The notes under the pieces were generated by a model that was given only the letters and a program-made list of their open reading frames with translations, searched no databases and was not told the DNA's origin. A DNA stretch of 64,000 nucleotides from Selaginella moellendorffii (taxonomy: Eukaryota > Plantae > Lycopodiophyta): the NCBI RefSeq assembly GCF_000143415.4, contig NW_003314314.1, positions 315,771 through 379,770 on the forward strand, in the 5' to 3' direction. The translations under genes and the position numbers were made by a program. Within the stretch, counting starts at the first letter, position 1, and every line of letters starts with the position of its first letter. Positions 10,481-22,300 of this stretch are shown one piece after another.

Positions 10481-12163
10481 ATGGCGCGAACAGAGCAGGA
10501 GCGCAGTGGATGCGTCACAGGTTTGTGGTCTCTCTTCCGACCAAAAAAGGCGCACAAGGGCGACAACAAGGTCCACCCGGAAGCCATGGACGCGGCGGCC
10601 TCGAAGCTGAAGGTCCAAGATCGTGTCTGTGAGGCTGTCTCGGGAGAAGCCATGGACGCGGCCGCCTTGAAGTTGAAGGAACTCAAGCGCGAGGTGAAAA
10701 TCGTCTTAGAAGCGATACGACAGGAGCGAGGGCACAAGGAGCCGATCAAGCCGATCAAGCCGGAACAAGAGAAGGAGGACGAAGAGGAGAATCAAGAGAA
10801 GAAAGCGGAGCAGCTGAAGGAAGAGAAGAAAGCCGAGCAGGTGAACGAGGAGGAGAAAGAAGCCGATCAGATGAAGCCGATGAAGCTGGAACAAGAGGAA
10901 GCCGAGAAGCAGCTGAAGGAGGAGGAGCAAGAGAAGAAAGCTGAGCAGCTGAGCGAGGAGGAGCAGGAGAAAGAAGCCCATGAGACGAAGGAACTCAGGC
11001 GCGAGGTGAAACAGGAGCAAGGTCACAAGGAGCAGCCGCAGCTGGAACGAGAGGAGAAGAATCAGCCGATCAAGCCGATCAAGCCGATGAAGCAAGAGCA
11101 GGAACAGGAGGAGGAGCAGCAGATGAAGCCGATGAAGCAGCAGCTGGAACACGAGGAGGAGCAGACGATCAAGCCGATCAAGCAGCCGCTGGAACGGGAA
11201 GACGATCAAGAGAAGATGAAGCAGCAGGAGAATGACAAGCCCAATCAGGAGGAGCAGCGACCCAAGCCAATTCTACTGCCAGCCGGGGGTCGTCGTCCAG
11301 GTATGGTTCCTTTTGCTTCTCGCATTCTTCTTCTATTGTGACTCACGATGGCCTTCTGGACTTGCAGGTTCCAGGCCGAAGATGGTTCGCTTCTCTTCCT
11401 CAGCGGAGGACATTCTTCCCGACGGCACCCGACGGCGGAGTGAAACCCATCTTAGCGATGGCCGAGGGGGATATGTTGAGTTCGCGTATCTCGAAGCTCT
11501 CCACAAGGCAAATCGGTGGCTAAACCAGAGGGGAAAAACCGAGAAGAAGATCTGCAGCTTGGAAGAGGAAAAGCGCGAGGAAACAGAAGAGGAGAAGTAC
11601 GAGGAAAAGTCTTGGAGTGTTAGCGCGCTCCGGATTCTGATCAGACTCACCGAGCAGCTTTACGAGGAGCTCAACGGCAAATCTAGCGACCGAGAGAGGA
11701 TCAAGCGAGCGCGGAAGATGATGAGGCTCCAGAAAATGCTGGATAGGATCCCGAGTGAGAGGAAACCGTGGAAGAAGCTTCAGTCCGGCGAGGTGGTCTT
11801 CGTGAAGGAGGCAAAAGAACTATATGATCGTGCGGGGAGAGATTTTGTTGCCGAATTCAAGAGGAGACAGGTAAGTTTGATATACCTTTCAGATTCCAGA
11901 TGGCCGTTTGCTAATAACTTCCGTGTTTGTTGTAGAGAGCTGGAGTGAACGATGAGTGTTTGTTTTGTCGGAACCATGATGGCGAGAAGATGATCGGCCG
12001 GGCTGGGGTGAACTCTAAGACGACTAGACCCTGGGTTTATCTGAGAAGAGAACACGAGCAAACTGTTCTAAGCACGTCGAAGAAACGAGAAATGAAGTTG
12101 GCTCCGAGCTCGAGAAGTTGGCTGCAAGGATTGGTCAACTGGAGGCCAGTGCTCGGACTCTAG
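10481..12163 (+). CDS. Unknown coiled-coil protein, MARTEQ family copy 1. Predicted exons 10481-11300, 11368-11870, 11936-12163 (~516 aa)
   Basis: GT-AG introns (67 and 65 nt) join the three ORFs in frame. Intron positions are conserved in the paralog at 44322. Exon 1 is E/K/Q-rich with PIKPIKP/QMKPMK repeats. Exon 3 is less certain. Confidence 0.7.
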
Positions 12164-12169
12164 CATCGG

Positions 12170-15100
12170 AGAAGCCAACTCTCAAGAGTCGAATCCAGAA
12201 GTTGGATCTCCAAGCAAGTTGAGCAGCGGCCACTAAAGCTATAGATCAGTTAAGTCGAGAGAAGATCGACCTTCTCGAGGACTCGACTCCAAAGTTTCAC
12301 AGCTGTCCAAGACGTGAAAGCAGCGGGTGACAACTGTGTCTCGGGGCTCCAGGCCGAGAAGTCCATCACACTTCGGGCGTCTAAACAGGCCAGCGACCAG
12401 CCTCCACACTCTTCTAAGTCAAGAGAAGATCAATGGATCAAGTTGGACTACACTCTACAGTGTCTGGAGCAAGCAGAGATCTATCTTATCAGCTTTCCAG
12501 TGGACGGAGATGATTCAGGAGTGCCTGCTGCGGTAAGGCTGTTCATGATAGTAGTGAGGAACGACGTAAACCAGTGTCAGATGGCTGCAAGATGGCAAGA
12601 AGACGATATAGCTGAGGCTGCTCGTGACTGGGGTTTCGGATGGCTGCGGAGACTATAAGACAGACTACGCTAGATGTTCTCTGTCATCTGGTGGAATGAG
12701 GGAAGTGTTCGGACAGGAGTTCTTGAAGGAGAAGCCCCAGGGGATAATGGCTGACGGAGTCGAATCCGCTGCACGAGGTGGAGCTCTCGGCGAGAGCACG
12801 TCGAAAAGAGGATGGCGGAGTTTGGAAGTGCAAAGGCGAGGCTGGAGAAGCAAGTAACTGGCAGCTGATGGAGAGGATCACGGGACTCGAGGGGCTGGAG
12901 GAGAGAGAGACGTGCCAGATGCAAAGCAAAGCTTTGGGCGAGGAGCTCCGAAGGATGAAGAAGACAAGCCGAGGAGAACCGATGAGAGAGCACATGGAGT
13001 GCCGAGCTCCAGAGGTTTGGCAGATCAGATGGACGCTACATGCGACAAGAAGGAGCATCTGGCTTCGCAGGAAGCTGTGTTTTTGCATGCTTCCGCTCAA
13101 GCTTCTCAGCACGATCAAGGCCTGAAGTGGCAGAAGCATTCCCTAACTGTCAGAGGTTCTAAGCACGTCGAAGAAACGAGAATGGAAGTTCAAGAACTAA
13201 CCAGCTCTCGAGAGTCAAATCCAGAACAGAGGTGCAAGCCAAGTACTGAGAGCTCGAGCAGCACAGGGAAGCAGTAGCAAGCCTCCAAAGCGCCAGAGAC
13301 CAGTGTCCACACTTCTAAGTCAAGAGAAGATCAACCTCTTCGAGGAGATATCCTCCCTCGACTCCAAAGTTTCGGAGATATCTTGATCAATCGGGAGATA
13401 GCAGATAATTTTGTCAAGATCTGGGCTTCTCAAGCGGAGCTCGCCGAGACGGTGGCCGAGATCGGAGCAGTCAGCCAGCCGAGTGGAGCAGAGTCCATCA
13501 AACGTCGGTGGGGGAACAGCGAGATGAAGGAAAAGATGAGGTGCCAAGATGGATCAAGACAAAGCTCTCTAGTTGATGGAAACGGGACGAGAGCTTCAAT
13601 GCTGTCCAGGATCGCTCTAGGTGCTTGGATGATAGAAGATGATGATGGCAAGATGATCTCGAACTCGAAGAAACTGCTTGTGGCGGTGGAGCCAGAGGTT
13701 CAGCTTCACAAAGACTGAAAAAGGCTGATGTTCGCCTCTGACATGCGGAGACTACAAGAGCTGGAGCGAACTTTAAGATGCAGCAACAGTCATAAAGACA
13801 GAAGATCGGACGAGTTTCATGGAACGTGGAAGCTGGTGCAAAGTGATTCAGAGGTTCAATGGCCACCTTTACAATCCAGCAATCTGGACTGAGGGTATGT
13901 AGAGTCATTCGTTTTTTCCTCTTCCATTCATTTCATCCGTGTTGTTAAACAGAAGAAGTAAGCTGCAGCGACACACAAATTGTGATGGTAGCTCCTTTAG
14001 TATCAGCAACAAATCCTATGGTATTTTTTTTTTCGTTTTTTAATTTTCTCCTCTGGTGGAATATCTTCTGAGCTCCAACTTGGTCCAGATCGTAGGAGGC
14101 CGTCTCTTCGAGACTAAATAAATAAAACATCTCAGAGACTACGCTAAGGAGCTGCTTATTCTGGCCAACTTGTGAGTATAACCTTGAGAGATTATGTTTT
14201 TTTTTCTATTTGGAAAATAGTCTGACTGCCAACTTGGTCCAGATCATAGGAGGCCGCCAGAAGAATATGTAAATGAGGGTGGAGCAGGACTTGAAGCAGC
14301 GAAAGATAAAACCAGCGTCAGAGATCATAAGAATCGAGCAAGTGGAAATGGAAAACTGTAAGATGATTTTAAAACTTGGAGAGAAAGGGAGCAGGCTGAA
14401 ACAGCTAAGATCGAGCAGCAAAGATTGAGCAGCTTAAAGACGAAAAATTTCTTAAAGAAAAGTGGAAGCAGCTAAAGAGCAGTGACAAGTTTGATCGAGC
14501 AGCAGAATAGTTCAGACTCGTGATAGTGTTTTTCATATCATTTTCTTTGATTTAGCTGTAAAAACCATGATTTAATGTTCAAATTTATAATGTTTCAATC
14601 TCTGAAAAGTCTGAGATCCGACTTTGATCCTAGCAACAAGATGATACCTAGAGCACGCTAGGACTTGGCGGCGCGGCCGCTTGGCAAGGCATCCCCTGAA
14701 AAACTCGTGAACTTTAACATGTAGGCCGAGTATTTGCAATCTGTAGACTTGTCTCTAACATCGTGGATCTTCTTGTACGTTTGCAAGGATTCCTGATCAG
14801 TTTGTCCCCGTAACTTGATTAGAAAATGGAAAAACAAATCCAGCTCAGGAAAATAAGATCTTACATAGTTTGCTCCAGAGGCATTACCATCACATAGCAT
14901 GTAAATTTGAACCGACCCGACCAAATGAACGATCTTCAATCCACTGGGAGTTTAGCAACTCCACCTGTGAAATAAAAGGAACGAAACAAGAAAAAACAAT
15001 GATGCGAGTCATACTATTAACAAGAACCTCCAGTGGTTCTGGGAAAAAGCAAAATCAAATGAGACTAGAAGAATTCCAAAGCCTTTGAAGACGTGCATGT

Positions 15101-15500
15101 TGATAAAGGACGCTTTGCCTTAAATCTCCTGCTGGACTGTGGGGTAACAATGGTGATAGCAAAGGTGTTCGACTTTCTAGGCACCCAGGCACACGACACC
15201 ACGTTAGAGCAAGAACTCAGGAGCTAATATGTACGCACCTGTATAAAGCCATTTGACTTGGTCTAGAAGGTCATAAGGGGATGAAAAGACCTCTTTCCAG
15301 ACAGTCAAAGTTGTTACCATTGTATGGGAAAAAAACTAAATTTCTGCACGTTGCCACCAATCAAACTTGTAAGATTGCTGTACGTGAGCATCAAAGAAAG
15401 CTTCAAATTGTGAACGAGAGTCTAAAGGCCATTGCATTTGTAACAATTGGCGAGAGACTTGCCTTCACCTCTGCAATTTCTTGCACTTAGTTTGATAGAT
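12170..15500 (+). pseudogene. Mosaic of gene fragments downstream of MARTEQ copy 1, including plant BTB/POZ (At3g50780-like) pieces and coiled-coil pieces
   Basis: ADNFVKIWASQAELA (13383 ORF) and DWGFGWLRR (12314 ORF) resemble conserved C-terminal motifs of that family, recalled from memory. Frames are broken. The pieces recur at 42830-43370(-), 46060-48850(+), 61245-61860(-), 38900-39507(-) and 62470-63055(+). Confidence 0.5.
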
Positions 15501-15847
15501 AGATCAGCATTGCAACTTTTTACCAGCCTCCACACACAAGCACTCTTTTAGATACTCTTGTATAGGAATTTTATAAGTAGAAAATTATAAATAAAAGTTC
15601 CTACAAATACTGATTAAATTGAAGAAATTTGATTATTAATTGATTCTTTTTACTCTTTACATTTGGCCTTTGACATTTTCCTTTATTTAGTTATTATGTT
15701 GCAAGTTTATATTTTTATGGGTTCTTAAAATCTATGAAATCAAGAATGCTAATATTTAAAGCAAGTTTTTATTGGTAATAAAGTTTTATTAGTTTCACTA
15801 TTTTATGTTTTTTTGAGAAAATATTATAGAGTAATCTATATTTAGTT

Positions 15848-15864
15848 ACACACACACACACACA
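15848..15864. repeat. (AC)n microsatellite
   Basis: Directly visible. Confidence 0.9.
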
Positions 15865-17089
15865 ATATAAAGGTATTCTTAAAGCATAACACCAGACTGG
15901 TATACAACTACTAAATTTTTTACAATTGCATTAGCTGGTAATAATATATATTTTATCTAGAAATATTAAACTAATGATATTTTAAAATTCTCAACATACC
16001 AATTAATGTTAAAAACTGTATAGTAATTGTTACAATAAAAGTAATAAATTTTTTCATATTTAAAATAAATAAAAATGGATTTAAAAGTAGATTAAAGATA
16101 TGGTTTTTGTATTCTTTAATAAATCATGGTATTTGAATAGGATAGTTATGTGAAGCAAAAACTCCAACAACACCAACATAAATAAGTATAAAGAAGCACT
16201 GCTACCTAAGGATTAAAACTTCCCTACTATGATGTTAATAATCATGGCTATGTAGAGCTTTGTCCTCCTTAATACCAACATTATCAGCAATGCCAATATT
16301 ATTTTCCACCACAACACTCACTTACTCAATTATTTTTTACTTTTCTTAAGGCTTTCTTTTGCATTTTCTCTCCCTCTCCCATCAATATTACTATTGTCTT
16401 TTGATCCTTTATGGTGGAAAACTGCCCAAGGGATCAAAGAAAAGTTAGATTAACATTGCTGATTGAAATGTTTGGGAAAGTAAGAAAATCAAAGCTTTTG
16501 TGTTTTTTATTGCTTCCTTGTTCTTCATATTTCAACTATAGTCTTAAAGTTTTGCCTATAAACCTCATAATTAGAAGAGATTTTGTAAATGGTATGTGTT
16601 TAATATTCTAATTATTGTGTAATCTTTGGTCCTAACACCTAGGTGAATTTGGTGAATTGGCTAGAAGAAAGCCATGAAGTTAAAAATTATATGCTTCTAT
16701 TATGGACTTTTGACAACCAAGTGCTCTTATATTTCAGAAAAAACCCCCTAAGGGACTAGTGAGTCCAACCAACTTTATTATAAGGGCACTTCTAAATACC
16801 AATAGACTAGTGAGTCTGGCCAGCTTGATTAGAAAAGCTTGACAAAGATGCTAGAATCTCCAGAACACTACGTTACTTTGGCAATATAAAGTCCTTGCAA
16901 GGATATTAATTTGTTTCTTCTCAACAACAATCTCTTTAGATGTTCCAAAATTCCAACCAAGGGGATTTCCTAATACTCTTACTGTATTTTTTTGTATTAA
17001 ATGTCCAACTAGAACTTCATATTCATCAAATTCCAAATTTTCACAATTCTAACTAGAAAAACCAAAGAAGATGTTAATAACTACCAAAC

Positions 17090-17930
17090 AAAAGCTCTAG
17101 TAAGATTTATACAGTATTTAAGAAGTTGCATAGACACTCTCTCTTCTGCCATAACGGCAAAAGGTTGATATAGTTTGACCACTTTATTATTGGCCACTCT
17201 TGTGCTAGTGGACTTAATTGAACATCTTAAGTGTACTTAGACCAAATAAGCATAAGGGTGGAATTTTTTTATGTTGCACTAGCTAATGACAAAAACCTTT
17301 ATGTGTTGAGTTTAATTCCTTAATAATGCTATATGCTTATCGTGTCCACCAAACACCCTCACTATCATGCCCCATATATTGATTTCATTCCAATTCTTTG
17401 TGCTATTTATAGTAAGTGTTTAGATTTGTTTAAAAGGCATATTTATGGAATGTAGAGAGTGTCATGAATCCTATGGTGTTGTTCCCACATCTCAATTCAC
17501 AATCTAGTTATATTCCACATCTAGTAAATTTTCAAACTCATCCCATAAACTAGTTCTTGAGATTGGGATGAAAGCCCAAAAGCATATATTTTTCTAGGGT
17601 GAGGGATAAGGGGGTTGTGGGGGGTTCCAAATGTATAGTAGGGATGGTGCTTAAAAGTATTGTTGACCACTTGAGATATTAGTTTAGCTTCTATTAAGCT
17701 GTAGTGCTTTTTATTCTGCATCTAGTTTAGGAATAAACTCAAGTTCCATGTTGCTTTAGTCAGTGGGGTACCCACCTCTTTGTTATAGGCCACTAGTATG
17801 CCAAAATTGGGGTAGACATTGTTTGATACTATTTTATATGCAAGAGCTGGATATGGGAAGTTAGTGCTCATAGGAAGTATTAATTGCATACTAGATCTTC
17901 ATTTTGTTGCACAAAGGGCTTGGAGTTTGA
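17090..17930 (+). mobile_element. Diverged LTR of the chromovirus family, truncated at its 3' end
   Basis: Similar to 19353-20193 (ccaaacaccctc, gatgaaagcccaaa, agtggggtaccc) and to 96-546. The left boundary is approximate. Confidence 0.55.
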
Positions 17931-18960
17931 TGTAAACCACAAATATTTTCTTTCTAATTTGCCAAATTACCTCTTCTATTCAACCACCTTTGTTTTTGTC
18001 TTAGTTAAGTGCCCTTGCCAAGATCCTCACTTATTGTATTAACTCTTATTTGGTCCTATTTAGATTCAATTACTCACTGCACGAGTAATAGGGTGTTATC
18101 TATCCATCTATAGATTTCCAAACTTTCTCCTAATCCCCCTCTTTGGGTTAAACTGAATTTAAGGTTCAACTACATTCCTCGTAAGCACAAGTAGCTAAGC
18201 ACACCAAGTTGTAAGCCACAAATTTTTCCTTTCCAATCTGCTAGCTTACCTCGTTTATCCGATTAATACTGCTTTGGCCTTAGTTAAATTCCCTTGCCAA
18301 GGTTCCTACCTATTGTACCAACTCCTACTTGGTTCTATTTGGTTTCAGTTACTCATTGCATGAACAATGGAGCATTAACCATCCATCCACGGAGTCCTAA
18401 ATCTCTCCCAATCCCCCTCCCCAGGTTAGATTGGACTTAAAGTTTGGTTACACTCCCCACAAGCACAAGCAACCAAGCACACCAAGCCACTAAGTTCCTA
18501 ACATCCTTTAGTACAACAAAACTTGATCATGGGACCTTTTAAATCCCAAGCCTTGGGTGCAACACTTGCTTCAAGACACCGGAGGGAAACATCGTGGCCT
18601 AACGGCCTAGTATAGGTACCCTTACTCCCCCACTTCGATCCCGAAGGGAAGGCCCAAGCCTTTAGGAAGGGCGAGGATCAATGAGTTACAAGGTACTCAA
18701 GTGGGGCACCACTCCATATGAGCTGGGAGCACTACAGTCTGTTTCCCTTCTAGGAGTGGGAGTTGCTCTTGAGCACTTCCTTGGGTGGCCCCTTCGGCAC
18801 CACCTGAGTCCATGCTCACCATACTCACTTCCACCTAAGGCCCCTTAGCCCCAGTTTCAACCTCAAGTCAGTTTAGAAGCACCACTAGAGAGTTTCTTCA
18901 AGATTGGTTTCTAAACCTCATTACCCCTACTAAACCTCATTATCCCTGCAACCCCCCCTA
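17931..18960 (+). repeat. LTR-like repeat with a tandem ~279-bp duplication of its start
   Basis: 17931-18209 and 18210-18488 begin with TGTAAACCAC and TGTAAGCCAC respectively and end in aagcacaccaag. A related copy lies at 55349-55940. Confidence 0.6.
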
Positions 18961-19352
18961 GAATTTAATGTTTGAGTCAATTTTTCTTGAGCTTTTGAGC
19001 ATTTTAACTAGTGATTTTGGTTTCATTCTCTTGGTTTGAGTATAAGCTTTCAAACGAATCCATCCACACCTATTTTTGTGTGCAAAGTCGAGAAATTTCC
19101 ATGCAAATGTTTTCTCCTTAGGCATTTTGAGTGTTGGAGTTTAATTTTGCTTCTTTTCCCCTTTTCTTTATAAGATTTTTTCTTTTCGTTGTGAAAAATT
19201 GGCATTTATTGGAGTGAAAATGATTTTAGTTGGGGAAATCTACATAAGGATACTCTTTTATTTGGAGTTATCCCATTTAGATACTTTGCTCTCACAAAAG
19301 TCAGAGTTTTTAGTGCATTGGATTTTCCACGACCTGGCATCTACTGCATAGT

Positions 19353-22300
19353 TGTCATGAATGTGACTTTAGGTATCGAAAGATACTTGTTGGCCAGTCC
19401 TTATGGACACTCTTTCCTTACTATCATGACAGTAGAAGGTTGATACAATTGGTTTCCTTTATCATTCTCATTTGAGTTAGTTGAGAAATTGGTCAATGAC
19501 CTTGCATTTAAATTGGATAAACATAAGGTAGGAACCTTATGTGTTTCTTGCTAAGCATACTTGGCCTGGTTTGAGAAACTCATGTCATTGGCTTGCACTT
19601 GTTAGTATTAAAAACCCCCGCGATATTAAGATTGGTCCCTCAATATTCGCTAGATGATAGCTTATCATGTCTACCAAACACCCTCGCTTTTATGCTTTTT
19701 GTAATAGTCTCATTTCGATCTCAAATGCTATTTACAAAAAGTGTCTGGATTTGCTCATTTGGCATATCTATAGAATATCAAAATTGTCCTAAACACAATG
19801 GTCCTAGATACTAACTCCTAGTAATAATGGAGGCTTGGGATGAAAGCCCAAAACATGTGTTCCTTGGGGGGGGGGTTTAAATGTATAGTAGGGATAGTGG
19901 TTGGAATGCATGTTTGACCACCTGAGACATTAGTTTGGCTCTTGCTAAATTGTGTCACACTTTGTTCTACGTTTGGTTTAGGTCTAAGCCCAAGCTCCAC
20001 GCTGCTCTAGTCAATGGGGTACCCTCCTCCTTGCATTAGGCCACCGGTATGCCAAAATTGTGTTAGACATTATCTTACACCATTTTGTATGTAGGTTCTG
20101 GATATGGGGAGCTGGTGCTCATGGGATTGTACTGGACCCTTGTTATATAGTGCAACAGCCTTGAAGTTTAGCTCCAAATTCAAGTGTGCTACATTTCGCA
20201 TCAAAGGAATTATCTCAACAATTCCTATCCAACTTTTGTCAGATTTTTTGGCTCAAGTTGCATATGTAGAGACTTTTTTAGTAGATTCGAAGCAACTTGT
20301 GTAGGATTAGTTGGATTGCATCATCCAGTAAGAATGTTGTATACATTTTCAATTACTGATAGAGGCATGCATGCAACTAGCGAGATGGTGAAAAGGAACC
20401 ATGTTGATGATTCTGAAACCTTTAGATGGGCAAATCGAGAGGAGAAAACTCCTTTTAGAGATGTTGTGAAAGAGGTTGAGGCTAAGGCAGTAGAGGAAGA
20501 GCTAGATGCTATAGCACTACAGTGTACGGCTTAGGAAGTTGAGATTGAGAACTTGTGAAGAGAAGTTCGCAAATTGAAGAAAGAGAACAAAAAGAGGAAG
20601 AAAGAAGCTAATGCAGATAAACCAACTAAACTTAAGCAACCGGACTCCTCTTTAAGTTCTAAGGACCATAAAGTTCTACAATCACCCCTGGTTGCATGAG
20701 TTTCAAAGTTCAAGCCTCTGAAACCACTCAATTTCATAGGTATGTGGGACTATCAGGTTTTGGAAGACGGGGTCTATGATATGGAAAACTATTTCATAGT
20801 GGCAGATGTAGATGATCATATGAAAGTTGCGTGCGCGTAATCTTTTTTCACCGATCATGCCAAAACTTGGTGGCACCAAGTGTGTGCTGAAAAAGGGCAG
20901 ACTAGAAATTGGACCAAGATGCAGTCTTGTATCCGTAAAGAATATTTGTCAGATGATCTTGGCCTAAGCCTTCACGCGGAGCTGTGGCGGTTAAAGTAGC
21001 AAGGGGGCCTTATGCATTATGTTAATGCATTTGCTCAAAAGTGTATTATGATTGCCAATATAAGTGATGAAGATGCTCGGAGTTATTTCCTGGAGGGTTT
21101 AAGTTCACTTTCTCGCAATGAGATATTGAAGTTTAAGCCGAAGACGTACCTAGAGTGTAAGGAGGCAGCGTAGCAAATTGCCTTTAGTCACTCACTTATG
21201 GAACAATATCAACAACCATATACTAGTACCTCAGACAAGAATAAAAATTCTGGGGATAAACAAGGTGATTGAAAATAGAGGGTGGAAGGAAGGTTCTGCC
21301 CTGGAGGCTCACAAGCAACACTTAACAAAGGTGGTGGTGGTTGGAGACCACTAGCAGCTTCTTCTGGTCCTAGGCCCTCTGTTCGTCCTCCTAGTGGGTA
21401 CAAGTAGCAGCAACCTGCGAAACTTGCTCCTAGCAAAACGGGTAATGTGGGTTATTACTTCCATTGTGGAGAATCAGGACATAAGTCCTCGAAATGTCCC
21501 AATAAGCATAAGACAAAGTCTCGTGTTAATGTCATGAGGGAAGACGATGGTGGTGAAGCTGAAGGGGTTGACAAGTTGGTTAATGCAGACTATGAGGAAG
21601 AGGAGGTGAGTTACTTTTGTTGCTGTCCTCAAGCTTTTCTCACAGTTAATGCAAACACTGATCTATTGATGTATCTGGTAGGCTTTGTCCGCAGACACCG
21701 AATCTGAGTGATGATTGATATAGGAGCTATGCACAATGTGATATCCGAAGACTTAGTTAAGTTGTTAAGATTGAATGTTGAGCAAATATCACCCATACAC
21801 TTCTGATTTGTGAAAGATGGGTAAGTAGCCAGAAAATTTGTGAGTGATGTTCCAATAAAAATATCCAAGTGCAAAGAAAAAGTGGACTTGGTATTGTTGA
21901 AGATACTAGATTTTCAAATGGTATTTAGTATGGATTTCTTTAACAAATATATTAAAGGGATTTATGGTGCTAGACAAAGTCGTATCATATCAAAGTCAGA
22001 AGGACGTCCGATGTGTCCTTCCAGTTGCAAAAGTGCTCCTCAAAGGATTAGGATCTAAGTTCTTGACCGCGAGAGCCGCTCAAAAATCAGCTAAGAAGGG
22101 ATGTCAGACCTTTAAGTGATGGAAGCTGAGAGTGATGGTGATTCAGCTTGAATTGGTGATGGGGTTGATTCTTACCAAAAAAGATATTGGAGTTGTTGGT
22201 GAGGAATTAAGATATCTTTCCGAAGGATTTGCCACTAGGGCTACCTCCTAGCCATGAGGTTGATCATCGGATTGAGGTCATTTTGGGTTCTCAACTACTT

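Noticed and set aside
10706-11209. Leu-rich minus-strand ORF (also 44487-44939)
   Set aside because: Antisense shadow of the GAG/AAG/CAG-rich coiled-coil exon.
14620-14690. Helitron 3' terminus for the MARTEQ unit
   Set aside because: CTAG motifs are present, but no GC hairpin is correctly placed upstream of them and conserved in the 48330-48375 copy.
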